The position numbers were made by a program, and so were the translations under genes. A stretch of DNA of 49,699 bases. It comes from a bacterium. Lineage in GTDB: Bacteria; Actinomycetota; Acidimicrobiia; Spongiisociales; ZC4RG35. Shown piece after piece: positions 7,488 through 16,229 of this stretch. Position 1 is the first letter of the stretch, and every line of letters begins with the position of its first letter. Location: NCBI GenBank assembly GCA_024639335.1, contig JAHEIN010000004.1, forward strand, positions 1 through 49,699. Direction: 5' to 3'. Below the pieces are notes generated by a model that did no database searches, had not been told where the DNA came from, and saw nothing but the letters and a program-made list of their open reading frames with translations.

Positions 7488-8291
7488 ATGTCGCATGTGA
7501 GTTTTCTGTCGGACTTCGGCCTCACCGACGAATTCGTCGGAGTGGTCCACGGAGTCATCGCAAAACTGGCACCAGACACGACCGTCGTCGATGTCACGCA
7601 CGGCATCCCGAGAGGCGACGTTCGATCGGGCGCACTCGCGTTGGTGCGCGCCATTCAGTATCTGCCCGAAGGCGTGGTTCTGGCAGTCGTCGACCCCGGC
7701 GTTGGCACGAATCGCCGCGCGATCGCGGCCCAGACCGAGTCGAGAATGCTGTTCGTCGGTCCCGACAATGGGCTGCTGGGGCCGGCGGTTGCCACGATGG
7801 GTGGCGCCACGAAGATCGTCGAGTTGACCAACCCGGCGGCGCAGATCCCGAGCGTCGGTGCCACCTTCGCGGGCCGTGACATCTTCGGGCCGGCTGCTGC
7901 GCTGTTGGCGTCTGGTGAAGCGTCGGTCGATGATCTCGGGCCCGAGGTCGCACCCGACTCGGTGACTCCCCTCTTGATCCCCCTGCCTGAGATCGAACCG
8001 GGGCGGGTCGTTGGCGAGGCCTGGTGGGTCGACACCTTCGGCAACGTTCAATCCAACATCGGACCCGAAGACCTCGCGGTGGCCGGGATCACGCGAGCGG
8101 TCACGGTCACGGTGCGGGTCGGAGCCACCGAGCACGAGGTGCCATGGGTGGATGCATACGGTGACGTGGACGAGGGTGAACCGCTGTTGTACGTGGATTC
8201 GTCCGGCCTGATGGCCGTGGCCGTTCGGGCAGGCTCGGCGACGTCGTATTTCAATCTGGCAGCTGGGACGGCACTGACTCTGGTGGGTTGA
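7488..8291 (+). CDS. SAM hydroxide adenosyltransferase / DUF62 (chlorinase/fluorinase superfamily)
   Basis: FLSDFGLTDEFVG, DVTHGI, VVDPGVGTNRR, GPDNG, TFAGRDIFGP, DTFGN. Confidence 0.9.
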   Translation: MSHVSFLSDFGLTDEFVGVVHGVIAKLAPDTTVVDVTHGIPRGDVRSGALALVRAIQYLPEGVVLAVVDPGVGTNRRAIAAQTESRMLFVGPDNGLLGPAVATMGGATKIVELTNPAAQIPSVGATFAGRDIFGPAAALLASGEASVDDLGPEVAPDSVTPLLIPLPEIEPGRVVGEAWWVDTFGNVQSNIGPEDLAVAGITRAVTVTVRVGATEHEVPWVDAYGDVDEGEPLLYVDSSGLMAVAVRAGSATSYFNLAAGTALTLVG

Positions 8292-8373
8292 GAAGCTCGA
8301 CAGTCTGGTAGATGGCCGCTCCGGCGATCACGAGCAGGAGAACGATCACGACGATGGCGGTCGCTGGACGCAT
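8251..8373 (-). CDS. Small single-TM protein (40 aa)
   Basis: MRPATAIVVIVLLLVIAGAAIYQTVELLNPPESVPSQLPD; CACACT -10-like 7 nt before ATG; below the ORF-track cutoff; 41-nt convergent overlap with the DUF62 gene. Confidence 0.5.
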   Translation of the reverse strand: MRPATAIVVIVLLLVIAGAAIYQTVELLNPPESVPSQLPD

Positions 8374-8507
8374 TCCCCTCAGTGTGGACACTGCCGGGAT
8401 GTGATCAAAACCGAGTACGCCTCACAGAGGACCACCCTGCTCCGCAGCGTGCAGCGGTTGGGCCGATCGGCCCTCAAGTTTGGGGCGATTCGGTCGAAAA
8501 CCTCACT

Positions 8508-9194
8508 ATGCGTCACATTTTGCAGAGTTTTCTCACTCTGAGTGCAATCTTGGCGCTGACCGCTGCCGCACTCCCTGCTACAGCGACTCCAACAGACGAG
8601 GCAGAATTCGTCTCGCTCATCAATCAGAGTCGGGCCGCTGCCGGCCTTTCGGCACTGACCGTCTTCGCAGATCTCACCGACGACGCCCGCATCCACACCG
8701 CAGACATGATCGGTGCCGGCCGGGTCTTCCACAGCAGCAACGCCCAGCTCGGCTCCTACGCGACCGGTTGGTCGCTACTCGGCGAGAACGTCGGCATGGG
8801 CCCGAACCCCGCTCTGCTCCATCAGGCGTTCATGAACTCCGAGAGCCATCGATCGAACATCCTGGGTGACTACGACCTCGTCGGGGTCGGCGCCGATCGC
8901 TCGGCCGACGGTGTCATGTTCGTGACCGTTGTGTTCATGAGGACCGCTGCACCGCCGACCACCACGACCACCACCCCACCGCCGACCGTTCAACAGACGG
9001 CCGCCGAACCAACTCAGGTCGAGCCGTCGACCCTCGGCGCCGCCACCGGTTCCCGGCCGGCTTCCAAGGTCGCCGGCGCGGTCAACGACCGGACGTTCGA
9101 GGTGTTCCGGCCGGTGTTCTCCCTGTTGAGTTCGGCCGGGGGCGACCCCATCGTCCGATTCACGTCGAACGGGACCCGAGTCATCATCGAGTGA
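8508..9194 (+). CDS. Secreted CAP (SCP-like) domain protein with Thr/Pro-rich tail
   Basis: Signal peptide, INQSRAAAGL, HTADM, GENVG, FMNSESHRSNIL. Confidence 0.85.
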   Translation: MRHILQSFLTLSAILALTAAALPATATPTDEAEFVSLINQSRAAAGLSALTVFADLTDDARIHTADMIGAGRVFHSSNAQLGSYATGWSLLGENVGMGPNPALLHQAFMNSESHRSNILGDYDLVGVGADRSADGVMFVTVVFMRTAAPPTTTTTTPPPTVQQTAAEPTQVEPSTLGAATGSRPASKVAGAVNDRTFEVFRPVFSLLSSAGGDPIVRFTSNGTRVIIE

Positions 9195-9538
9195 AGCGGA
9201 AACGGCACACCGAGGAAGCAGAACTCGACAACAACGCCCGAGGAACCCTGCCGAACGATCGAACCGCACTTCCCCGAGCGGAGGACCGACGACCGAGCAC
9301 CTCGGGCGTTGTCCACTGAACGTATCGATGCACCAGAGTCCGGTCAACACGATCGTTTTGCCATGTCTTGCGGCCCTTCCGGCTCGGCGATCGCCTTGAA
9401 CGGAGGCTCGACGCGGCTGTGGTGCAAGAACGCGGTTCCTTGCGCCGGCCACCCGAATCCGCGACTCCGATCCACAGTCTCTGTCCACAATCGGTGTGGA
9501 AAGGAATCTGCCCGAGAGGTCAGGTGAGTTTTCGCGAC

Positions 9539-9958
9539 TCAGCCGGCGCCGAACGCCATGCGGACGAGTGGCCTGAAGGTCGACTCGACCTGGTCGTAGA
9601 GCTCACCGAGCACCGAGTCCAGCAACTCGAAAGAGACGTCCTCGTTCGGCAGGCGGGAGCGGAGAACGATGCCCCCGTCCTTGGCGAGCGCGTAGTGCAC
9701 CCGAAACGTCGATCGATTCCGATCCAGTACCAGCCGATATGCAGACTCCTGGTTCGCATGGGGCTCGGGAATGACGTAGAGCTCGGCCGTCAGTGATCGC
9801 TGATCCGGCGACCACCACACGGTTGAGGCGTCCCTCGTCTCCTGCCGCATCCGAACGGCGATCCGATCGTCGACCTGTTCGGCGTATTCCACAGAAGACT
9901 CTTCGTCGGCGATCCACCGGTCGATGGCACCATGGAGGATCTCAGCCGCGCTCGGCAC
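9539..9958 (-). CDS. YbjN-domain (T3SS-chaperone-like) protein commonly downstream of mshA
   Basis: YVIPEPHANQESAYRLVLDRN, LDSVLGELY; start uncertain (GTG 9958 or ATG 9976), overlapping the mshA end. Confidence 0.75.
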   Translation of the reverse strand: MPSAAEILHGAIDRWIADEESSVEYAEQVDDRIAVRMRQETRDASTVWWSPDQRSLTAELYVIPEPHANQESAYRLVLDRNRSTFRVHYALAKDGGIVLRSRLPNEDVSFELLDSVLGELYDQVESTFRPLVRMAFGAG

Positions 9959-11171
9959 GGTGGATGGCTCCCTCATAGAGCTCGAGAAACCGGTTCGCCG
10001 TCGAATCCCAGCTGAATCGCTCCGACCACCGCAAAGCGCCGGTCGACAGACGGGCGGAGAGCTCGGCATCGGAGAGGAGCGAGATCACTGCGTCAGCGTG
10101 ATCTTCCGGATCCCAGCCATCGATGAGGATCCCAGAACGACCGTCGGCGACGACGTGTTCGAGCCCACCCACGCGAGCGGCCACCACGGGCACCCCACAG
10201 GATTGGGCCTCGGCCGCAACCAGGCCGAACGACTCGCTCCGTGACGGCACCATCACGACATCGGCTGCCCGGTAGTACTCGGCCAGCTCGGTGTGTGGCA
10301 CGGCGGCGTGGAAGTCGACGACGCCTTCGAGATCGAGCTGGGCGGCACGAGCGGTCAGCCGGTCGAGCTCGTCCTCGCCCGCCGGACCCGATGCTCCTCC
10401 GATCACCGAGAGCCGAAACCCGGGGATTGCGGCAGCAACGATCGCCGCCACCTCGAGTGCCACATCCACACCCTTCAACGGCTGAATCCGCCCAGCCACC
10501 ACTGCGTGGGCCCGGTCCACATCCCAGCCGACGCTTCGCCGGGCCTCCGATCGATCTCCGGGAGAGAACACGCCGTGATCGATACCGGGCGGCGAGGTGC
10601 ACAGCCGGGTCGGATCCGCCCCGTAGTGCTCCATCAGTTCCTGCGCCTCGAGCGGTGTGGCAGCCACGACACAATCGGACTCTGCGATGACTTCCAGCTC
10701 GGCGGCGATTCTGGCGGCGGACTCCGGCGCCTCGTCGAAGCGTTTTGCCAGGTCCTTTACCCGCCCCAACGTGTGGAACGAGTTGGCGAGAGGCACGCCC
10801 AGTTTCCGTTTGACGACGAGGCCTGCAGACCCGCTCAGCCAGTAGTGGCTGTGCACGACGTCCGGCGGGTCCACGTCGAGGACCGCCATCACTCCCTCTG
10901 CGAACTCCTGCACCCAGTCGACCATGTCGCCGATCGGGGCGTACTCGGGCGGGCCGGCGTCCACGTGGAACACCCGATAGCCGTCGTCTACCTCGACGAG
11001 GTCGGGCTGTTCTGGACCCGTCCGCCTGGTGAACACGTCGACGGCGACGCCCCGCCCGGTCATGGTTCGGGCGAGCTCGTCGATGTAGACGTTCATTCCG
11101 CCTGCGTTCCCGACGCCAGGCTGCATCAGCGGTGAGGTGTGCATAGAGAGATATGCGACGCGCCGGATCAT
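9942..11171 (-). CDS. mshA: D-inositol-3-phosphate glycosyltransferase (mycothiol biosynthesis)
   Basis: HTSPLMQPGVGNAGGMNVY, HSHYWLSG, GRIQPLKG, SRSESFGLVAAEAQSCG. Confidence 0.9.
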   Translation of the reverse strand: MIRRVAYLSMHTSPLMQPGVGNAGGMNVYIDELARTMTGRGVAVDVFTRRTGPEQPDLVEVDDGYRVFHVDAGPPEYAPIGDMVDWVQEFAEGVMAVLDVDPPDVVHSHYWLSGSAGLVVKRKLGVPLANSFHTLGRVKDLAKRFDEAPESAARIAAELEVIAESDCVVAATPLEAQELMEHYGADPTRLCTSPPGIDHGVFSPGDRSEARRSVGWDVDRAHAVVAGRIQPLKGVDVALEVAAIVAAAIPGFRLSVIGGASGPAGEDELDRLTARAAQLDLEGVVDFHAAVPHTELAEYYRAADVVMVPSRSESFGLVAAEAQSCGVPVVAARVGGLEHVVADGRSGILIDGWDPEDHADAVISLLSDAELSARLSTGALRWSERFSWDSTANRFLELYEGAIHRAERG

Positions 11172-12079
11172 GCGGCTGTCCCCGTCGAGATCCGGTACAG
11201 AGGTCGAGGTTCGGCTCCCAACCTGAATTTGTAGGTCTCGTCACCCTTGAGAAAATCGAAACGCGGAAGCCGCTCCGCAATGGCCTGCTCGATCAGCGTG
11301 CCGACGATGGCGATCCCCGGTGAAGCATCGGCGAGGCCGGGGTCGTATGACGAGTTGTACAGATAGATCCCCTCGTCATCGGAGAACGAGAACAGCGATG
11401 CGGCAGCACGATCGGTCTCCGGGACACGGAGGACATCGAGCCTCCACCCATCCAGCTGAACGAGCGTTGCGAAGAATGCTTCCCGCTCAGGCGTCATGAA
11501 CTGTCCCTTGTCACCGTCCGACAACCGGTGCAGACGGACGAACTCGTCGAACGCCCAGTCCGGCTCATGGTGAACCTCGTGCACGACTTCACCCAGCACG
11601 TCTTCGTAGCGCCGCCGTTTGCGGCGCACTTCGTGACGCTGCTTCTTCGACAGCATCCCCAGATAACCCTCGAGCGTGTCGGGCAGCGGGACGACCGCCG
11701 AGACCGTGTGCTCCTCGATGTGCACGGCGACGCCCCGATCGGCCAGCGCTGCGGCGAGCGGTCCGCAGGCCTCCTCGGGCAGCGAGTCGAGCTCCAGCGC
11801 GTAGCCGTCGCCGATCATTCCAGCCAAGGCGTCGGCGATGGCGTCGACACGGTCGCCGAGCGGGGAGTGGTAATCGGTGAGATCGGGGTGCCCGGCAATG
11901 CGCACGGCCCCGCCGGAAACCGTGATGGGGAGCGCTCCCCGGTCGTTGCCGATGACATCTGCTTCCTCGCCGCGAAACGCCGTGACCGCTTCGACGAATG
12001 TGGCGTGCGGAAACGGCCCGACCGCCGGCGCGAGCGGGCGAAGGGCGGGGAGTCTGGGAAGCGTGGTTGGGATCGTCAT
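11168..12079 (-). CDS. GNAT-family acetyltransferase (CelD/BcsL-like)
   Basis: YLGMLSKKQRHEVRRKRRR, YLYNSSYDP, SPGIAI, FDFLKGDETYKFRLGA; ATGA overlap with the asparaginase stop. Confidence 0.85.
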   Translation of the reverse strand: MTIPTTLPRLPALRPLAPAVGPFPHATFVEAVTAFRGEEADVIGNDRGALPITVSGGAVRIAGHPDLTDYHSPLGDRVDAIADALAGMIGDGYALELDSLPEEACGPLAAALADRGVAVHIEEHTVSAVVPLPDTLEGYLGMLSKKQRHEVRRKRRRYEDVLGEVVHEVHHEPDWAFDEFVRLHRLSDGDKGQFMTPEREAFFATLVQLDGWRLDVLRVPETDRAAASLFSFSDDEGIYLYNSSYDPGLADASPGIAIVGTLIEQAIAERLPRFDFLKGDETYKFRLGAEPRPLYRISTGTAA

Positions 12080-13020
12080 TGCAGGGTCAGTCGTACGACG
12101 GATTCCACCGTACCGACCTCCCGTCCGCCACCGGACATCGGCACCCGCGTAGCGGATCGGAGGGCATCTGCCACGGACGGGGTCACCCAATCGAGCTGGG
12201 TCAAGACGTCGGTCACGACCGGGCCGATCGCTCGAGACTCGCCGTCTGCGATCTTGATTGCGATCGCTCCGCGATCTTCAATCGTGAGGCCGAGATTGCC
12301 CTCCGCTCCGAGCTTGGAGACTCCGTTGGTGTGGATCGCGAACTCGGCGTCGGGCCTGCCCATGCCAGAGGCCAGTCGTGGGAATCGGTGCATCGCCTCG
12401 AAAACACGGGCGAAGCGCTCGTCATTCCCGAGCCGGGCGAATGCACGCGCGAGCGATCGGGTCGAAACCGTGAAGGTCGGCGCACCACAGCCATCGACAC
12501 CAACATCGAGGGAGCGCTGACCGGTCGCCTCGGCGAGGGTCGTTCGCATCCGTTGCTGGAGTGGATGGGCCGGGTCCAGGTAGCTGTCGAGGTCCCAGCC
12601 TGCACCAGCACACGCTCTGAGGAACCCGGCGTGCTTCCCGGAGCACTTGTGGAAGACCGGCTTCGGCCAACGTTGCGACGCCCAGAGCATGCGATCGCGG
12701 TGGGCCCCGGTGGGCCACGCCGCAGGAGTGCCGAGGTCCGCTTCGGTCAAGCCCGCCGACCGAAGCATCTCACGGACCGTGGCGATGTGGACGGGTGCAC
12801 CGCTGTGGCTGGCACAGGCCAGCGCCAGCCACTCGGGCGGGAGGTCAGGGCGGATCTCATCGGAGACGGCCGCCAGAAGAGGCTTGATCGACGACCTTGC
12901 GAAGAAGGTCCGGTCGATGTCGCCGCTCGAGGCGATCAGTGTGCCGGAGAGGTCGACCACGGCTACGGCACCGTCGTGGATCGACTCCGTCACACCCGAA
13001 CGGGTGACTGCGGCCAACAC
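12076..13020 (-). CDS. L-asparaginase II (Rhizobium etli AnsA/ReAV type)
   Basis: RSSIKP, CASHSG, HKCSGKHAG, DGCGAP, SKLGAEG, KIADG. Confidence 0.85.
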   Translation of the reverse strand: MLAAVTRSGVTESIHDGAVAVVDLSGTLIASSGDIDRTFFARSSIKPLLAAVSDEIRPDLPPEWLALACASHSGAPVHIATVREMLRSAGLTEADLGTPAAWPTGAHRDRMLWASQRWPKPVFHKCSGKHAGFLRACAGAGWDLDSYLDPAHPLQQRMRTTLAEATGQRSLDVGVDGCGAPTFTVSTRSLARAFARLGNDERFARVFEAMHRFPRLASGMGRPDAEFAIHTNGVSKLGAEGNLGLTIEDRGAIAIKIADGESRAIGPVVTDVLTQLDWVTPSVADALRSATRVPMSGGGREVGTVESVVRLTLQ

Positions 13021-13030
13021 GTTGGGCGAT

Positions 13031-13564
13031 TCAGTCGTCGCCCGGGGCCGAGACCTCGGCCTTGAACCGCTCGGCGATCAGATCACTGAGCGTATCGATC
13101 ACCCGCTGGGCTTCGAGGCGCTGGGTGTTGATCTCGCCGACCATCTTCTCGAACCCGTCCAGCGATGCCTGCAACTCCTCCTCGGTTGCATCATCGAGCC
13201 GCGTCAGCACACCATCGCCCATCACCTCGTCGATGTCGCGCTTGCCGATCTCCGGGAGTGGTGGAAGGTCGGTGACGATGTGCCGTGTACCCCGTGGTTC
13301 GGTCCGATCCTGGCGCTCGGGATCGGTGAGGATGTCGACGAGCGATTCGATGAGCGAGCGGTCTTCTTCACCCGCCCGGCGGCGCTGTTCGAACTTGACG
13401 AGATCCATGCGCCCGTACAGGAGTCTCCGGTAGTAGGACAGTTCGTTTTCGACCTCCACGGCGGTGGAGCGATGCTCTCGAAGCTCATCGAGGCTCAAGT
13501 CGTCGAGGCCCTCGAGGTACTCGGGGTCCAGGACACGGTCGAGACGTCTGCGATGCTGCTGCAT
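13031..13564 (-). CDS. RsiG/AmfC-family anti-sigma-like protein
   Basis: RRLDRVLDPEYL, LSLDELR, ELSYYRRLLYGRMD coiled-coil motif; leaderless TAGTCT-6nt-ATG. Confidence 0.75.
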   Translation of the reverse strand: MQQHRRRLDRVLDPEYLEGLDDLSLDELREHRSTAVEVENELSYYRRLLYGRMDLVKFEQRRRAGEEDRSLIESLVDILTDPERQDRTEPRGTRHIVTDLPPLPEIGKRDIDEVMGDGVLTRLDDATEEELQASLDGFEKMVGEINTQRLEAQRVIDTLSDLIAERFKAEVSAPGDD

Positions 13565-13573
13565 GGCAACAGA

Positions 13574-14665
13574 CTACCGGCAGGCTACTGCGACGGTTGG
13601 ATATGGATTCACCGCCGCGGCACCCCGCCCACCGGGGTGGATCTCGAAATGCAGGTGTGGTGGGCCGCCGCGGGCGTTGCCGGTGTCACCGTTGAAGCCG
13701 ATCAACTGTCCGGCGGAAACCCTGGCGCCGTTGGACACGTTCCAGCCGGACAGATGGGCGTAGTAATAGCCATAGCCGCTGTCGGCGGACAGCCAGATGG
13801 TCCTGCCACCGAGGCCACCGGATCGAATCGAGACAGTCCCGTCGGCGACGGCGATGATGCTGGCGTTCCACCCTGCGAACATGTCCGTTCCCCTGTGAGA
13901 CCGGCCGCCGGATCGAGGGAAGCCCCAGGAGTCGATGAACGAAGACCCGGGGATCGGACAGCGGAAGCCGCTGATCGCCCCGACCCCGGCAGAGCGCCCA
14001 CCGGCCGCGGCGGCGCGAGCCGCCCGGGCGGCGGCTTGCTCACGGTTGTACTGGTTGGTCAGATCCCGACATCCGACCGACAGCTTGTTGAACTCGGCGT
14101 TGGCCTCGTCGGCGATCCCGAGAACGGTCTCGGCGAATGCAGCTCGCTCCGCCTCGACCTCACGCAACTGGGCGTCCAGCTGCACGAGCTCGCCCTCGAA
14201 ACGGTCGAGGTCGTTGCGGATGGCGAGCAGATCGTCGAGCGCAGCCATGCTGTCGCCGGTAGCGGCATCCAACAACTCGTTGCCCGTGAGTGCCTCGTCG
14301 AGCGACCCGGCGAACAGCACGATCGACGACGCCCCTCCAGCCTCCATGTAGAGCTCGACGGCGAGCTCGTTGATCTCGTCGCCCGAGGCCTCGATCTGAC
14401 CGGCACGGCGGTCGATCGACTCGTCGATGTAGGCGCGCTGATCCTCCAGCGCAGCGATCTCGCCCAGCGTCTGCTCCCAGGCGAGTTTGGCCTGGTCGGC
14501 CTCTCGCTGCTTTTCCTGCCACACGGCATATTGGGCGCTCGAGCTGGCACAGGCGGCATCGACTTCGCTCTTGGTGACCGAGAAAGCCGGGGGCTGGGCC
14601 ACCGATCCGAAGAGAGCGACAGCCAGAAAGAACGCCAGGCCGCGAAGCGCGGACCTCATTCGCAT
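13574..14665 (-). CDS. Secreted M23 peptidoglycan endopeptidase with N-terminal coiled coil
   Basis: Signal peptide, coiled coil, HRGTD, YYAHL, HLHFEIH. Confidence 0.9.
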   Translation of the reverse strand: MRMRSALRGLAFFLAVALFGSVAQPPAFSVTKSEVDAACASSSAQYAVWQEKQREADQAKLAWEQTLGEIAALEDQRAYIDESIDRRAGQIEASGDEINELAVELYMEAGGASSIVLFAGSLDEALTGNELLDAATGDSMAALDDLLAIRNDLDRFEGELVQLDAQLREVEAERAAFAETVLGIADEANAEFNKLSVGCRDLTNQYNREQAAARAARAAAAGGRSAGVGAISGFRCPIPGSSFIDSWGFPRSGGRSHRGTDMFAGWNASIIAVADGTVSIRSGGLGGRTIWLSADSGYGYYYAHLSGWNVSNGARVSAGQLIGFNGDTGNARGGPPHLHFEIHPGGRGAAAVNPYPTVAVACR

Positions 14666-14784
14666 GAGGGGAATGGTACCTCCATGTGCGAGTCACACCA
14701 GACGCGAAGGTCAGTTCACAGTTGTCGGTCGGCCGCCTTTGTCGGAGGCCGGAAGCCGGAAGTCGTAAGCCGTAGGCTGCTGCC

Positions 14785-15144
14785 ATGAGAATCGTGCTGT
14801 TCGTGGCGGTGGGTGGGGCGATCGGTGCCGTCGGGCGCTACCTGCTGTCGACCCCGATCAACGAGCGGATGGCGCCTTGGGGAACGATCCTCGTCAATCT
14901 GGTCGGTTCGGCGATTCTGGGATTCCTCATCGGATGGTTCGCAGATCGCTCGGCCGACCCGGCGATCCAGATCGGCCTGCTCACCGGCGTCCTCGGCGGG
15001 TTCACCACGTTCTCGACCTTCTCGGCCGAGACCATGCTGCTGGTGGACGCCGGCCGCTGGCAACCGGCCATCGTGAATGTCTTCGTCTCCGTATTCTTCG
15101 GAGTGGCTGCGGCAGCGGTCGGCTACTCGGTGGGTCGCGCGTGA
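14785..15144 (+). CDS. crcB: Fluoride channel Fluc/CrcB
   Basis: GGAIGAVGRY, PWGTILVNLVGS, GVLGGFTTFSTF. Confidence 0.93.
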   Translation: MRIVLFVAVGGAIGAVGRYLLSTPINERMAPWGTILVNLVGSAILGFLIGWFADRSADPAIQIGLLTGVLGGFTTFSTFSAETMLLVDAGRWQPAIVNVFVSVFFGVAAAAVGYSVGRA

Positions 15145-15150
15145 AGGAGC

Positions 15151-16149
15151 TCAGGCCACCAGGCGGAGGACTGGAAGGAACACCGCCGCAGCAAGGACGA
15201 GACCGTCGAGAGAAGCCAGCAGCCCCGGTGGACGGTTGACCAGCTCGACACGCCTGGTCCGAAGAAGGGATCCGAAACCTCGACCTGCGATCAACGATGC
15301 TGCGATCACGACCCCCATGATCAGGAAAGTGACCAGGTCGAGATCCCAGATGCTGGCGATGGCCAATGAGGTCCCGATCGCCCCCAACGTGGTCGCAGTG
15401 AACGGATCGCCGAATGGGAGATGTGAGAAGCGCTCGATCACCGCTCGGATGGCGATCGCTGCGATGGCGACAGTGATCAGGACGCCGGTCGCTCGATTGA
15501 CCGGGACGAACGACTCGCGGGCGAGCAACAGCGAAGCCACGGCGGTCGCCGACAAGACGGAGATCGCAAGTGACGGGACGAGCGCCACGAGGGCGCGTGA
15601 CTCGTCCGACGCCACCGACCAGGCGAGCGGCACGACCACCGCGACGATCAGGGTGACGCCGAGGCCCTGGGCCCCGAGCATCCTGGTCGAAACGACGGCG
15701 ACCAGGACTCCCAGTACGGCGGGGATGAGTGGGATGTCTCTCGCCCGCTGTGCGGCGACAGAGGCGACGTCGACAGTCCAGAACACGACGACTCCGACGA
15801 CGGCGACGGACCACCAGGTACTGGTGTCCAACGTGTTCAGAAAAACCAACACGAGCCCGACCACGATCGCCAGGATCGGCTCCGAGCCAGTGGAAAACTC
15901 CGTCATCGGACCGGCTCCGCCCGAGACCGGGGGGATCAGCGCCACTTCGTCAGTCGGCCCCACCGGCTGCTCGCTCACTGCCTCGTCGCCATTGACCCAG
16001 ACCCGCGCACGCTTGGCCGCTTCGGAGAACGCAGGGCCGAAGCGTTGAGCCGCCGATTCGAGAACTCGAGCCACGGTGGGCTCATCGATCTCGATCGAGC
16101 TGGTGCCGGCGACGTCGCGCAGGCCGGCGAACAAACGAAGTCGTGCCAT
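15151..16149 (-). CDS. Fusion of MoaD/ThiS ubiquitin-like domain (aa 1-78, ends PPVSGG) to a multi-TM CdsA-like membrane domain
   Basis: MARLRLFAGLRDVAG...VWVNG...DEVALIPPVSGG, then about 8 TM ending GRGFGSLLR...PGLLASLDGLVLAAA; leaderless TAGTGT-7nt-ATG 16149. Confidence 0.75.
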   Translation of the reverse strand: MARLRLFAGLRDVAGTSSIEIDEPTVARVLESAAQRFGPAFSEAAKRARVWVNGDEAVSEQPVGPTDEVALIPPVSGGAGPMTEFSTGSEPILAIVVGLVLVFLNTLDTSTWWSVAVVGVVVFWTVDVASVAAQRARDIPLIPAVLGVLVAVVSTRMLGAQGLGVTLIVAVVVPLAWSVASDESRALVALVPSLAISVLSATAVASLLLARESFVPVNRATGVLITVAIAAIAIRAVIERFSHLPFGDPFTATTLGAIGTSLAIASIWDLDLVTFLIMGVVIAASLIAGRGFGSLLRTRRVELVNRPPGLLASLDGLVLAAAVFLPVLRLVA

Positions 16150-16229
16150 CGGCGCCACACTACCCGAGCGGCCGGAGCGCACTCTCGATCCTTTCCGCTG
16201 GTTCGACGGCAGCGGTACGCTCCCTGCGT

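Noticed and set aside
12647-14788. 713-aa plus-strand ORF and similar long overlapping ORFs (38654-40372, 40264-41613, 29443-30879, 44386-45762)
   Set aside because: Antisense to motif-bearing genes; long stop-free shadow frames are expected in high-GC DNA.
7488-15144. Possible fluorometabolite system (fluorinase-family gene plus Fluc channel)
   Set aside because: The genes are 6.5 kb apart with unrelated genes between them, and the protein looks like the widespread DUF62 SAM hydrolase type. crcB appears leaderless, so there is no room for a fluoride riboswitch.
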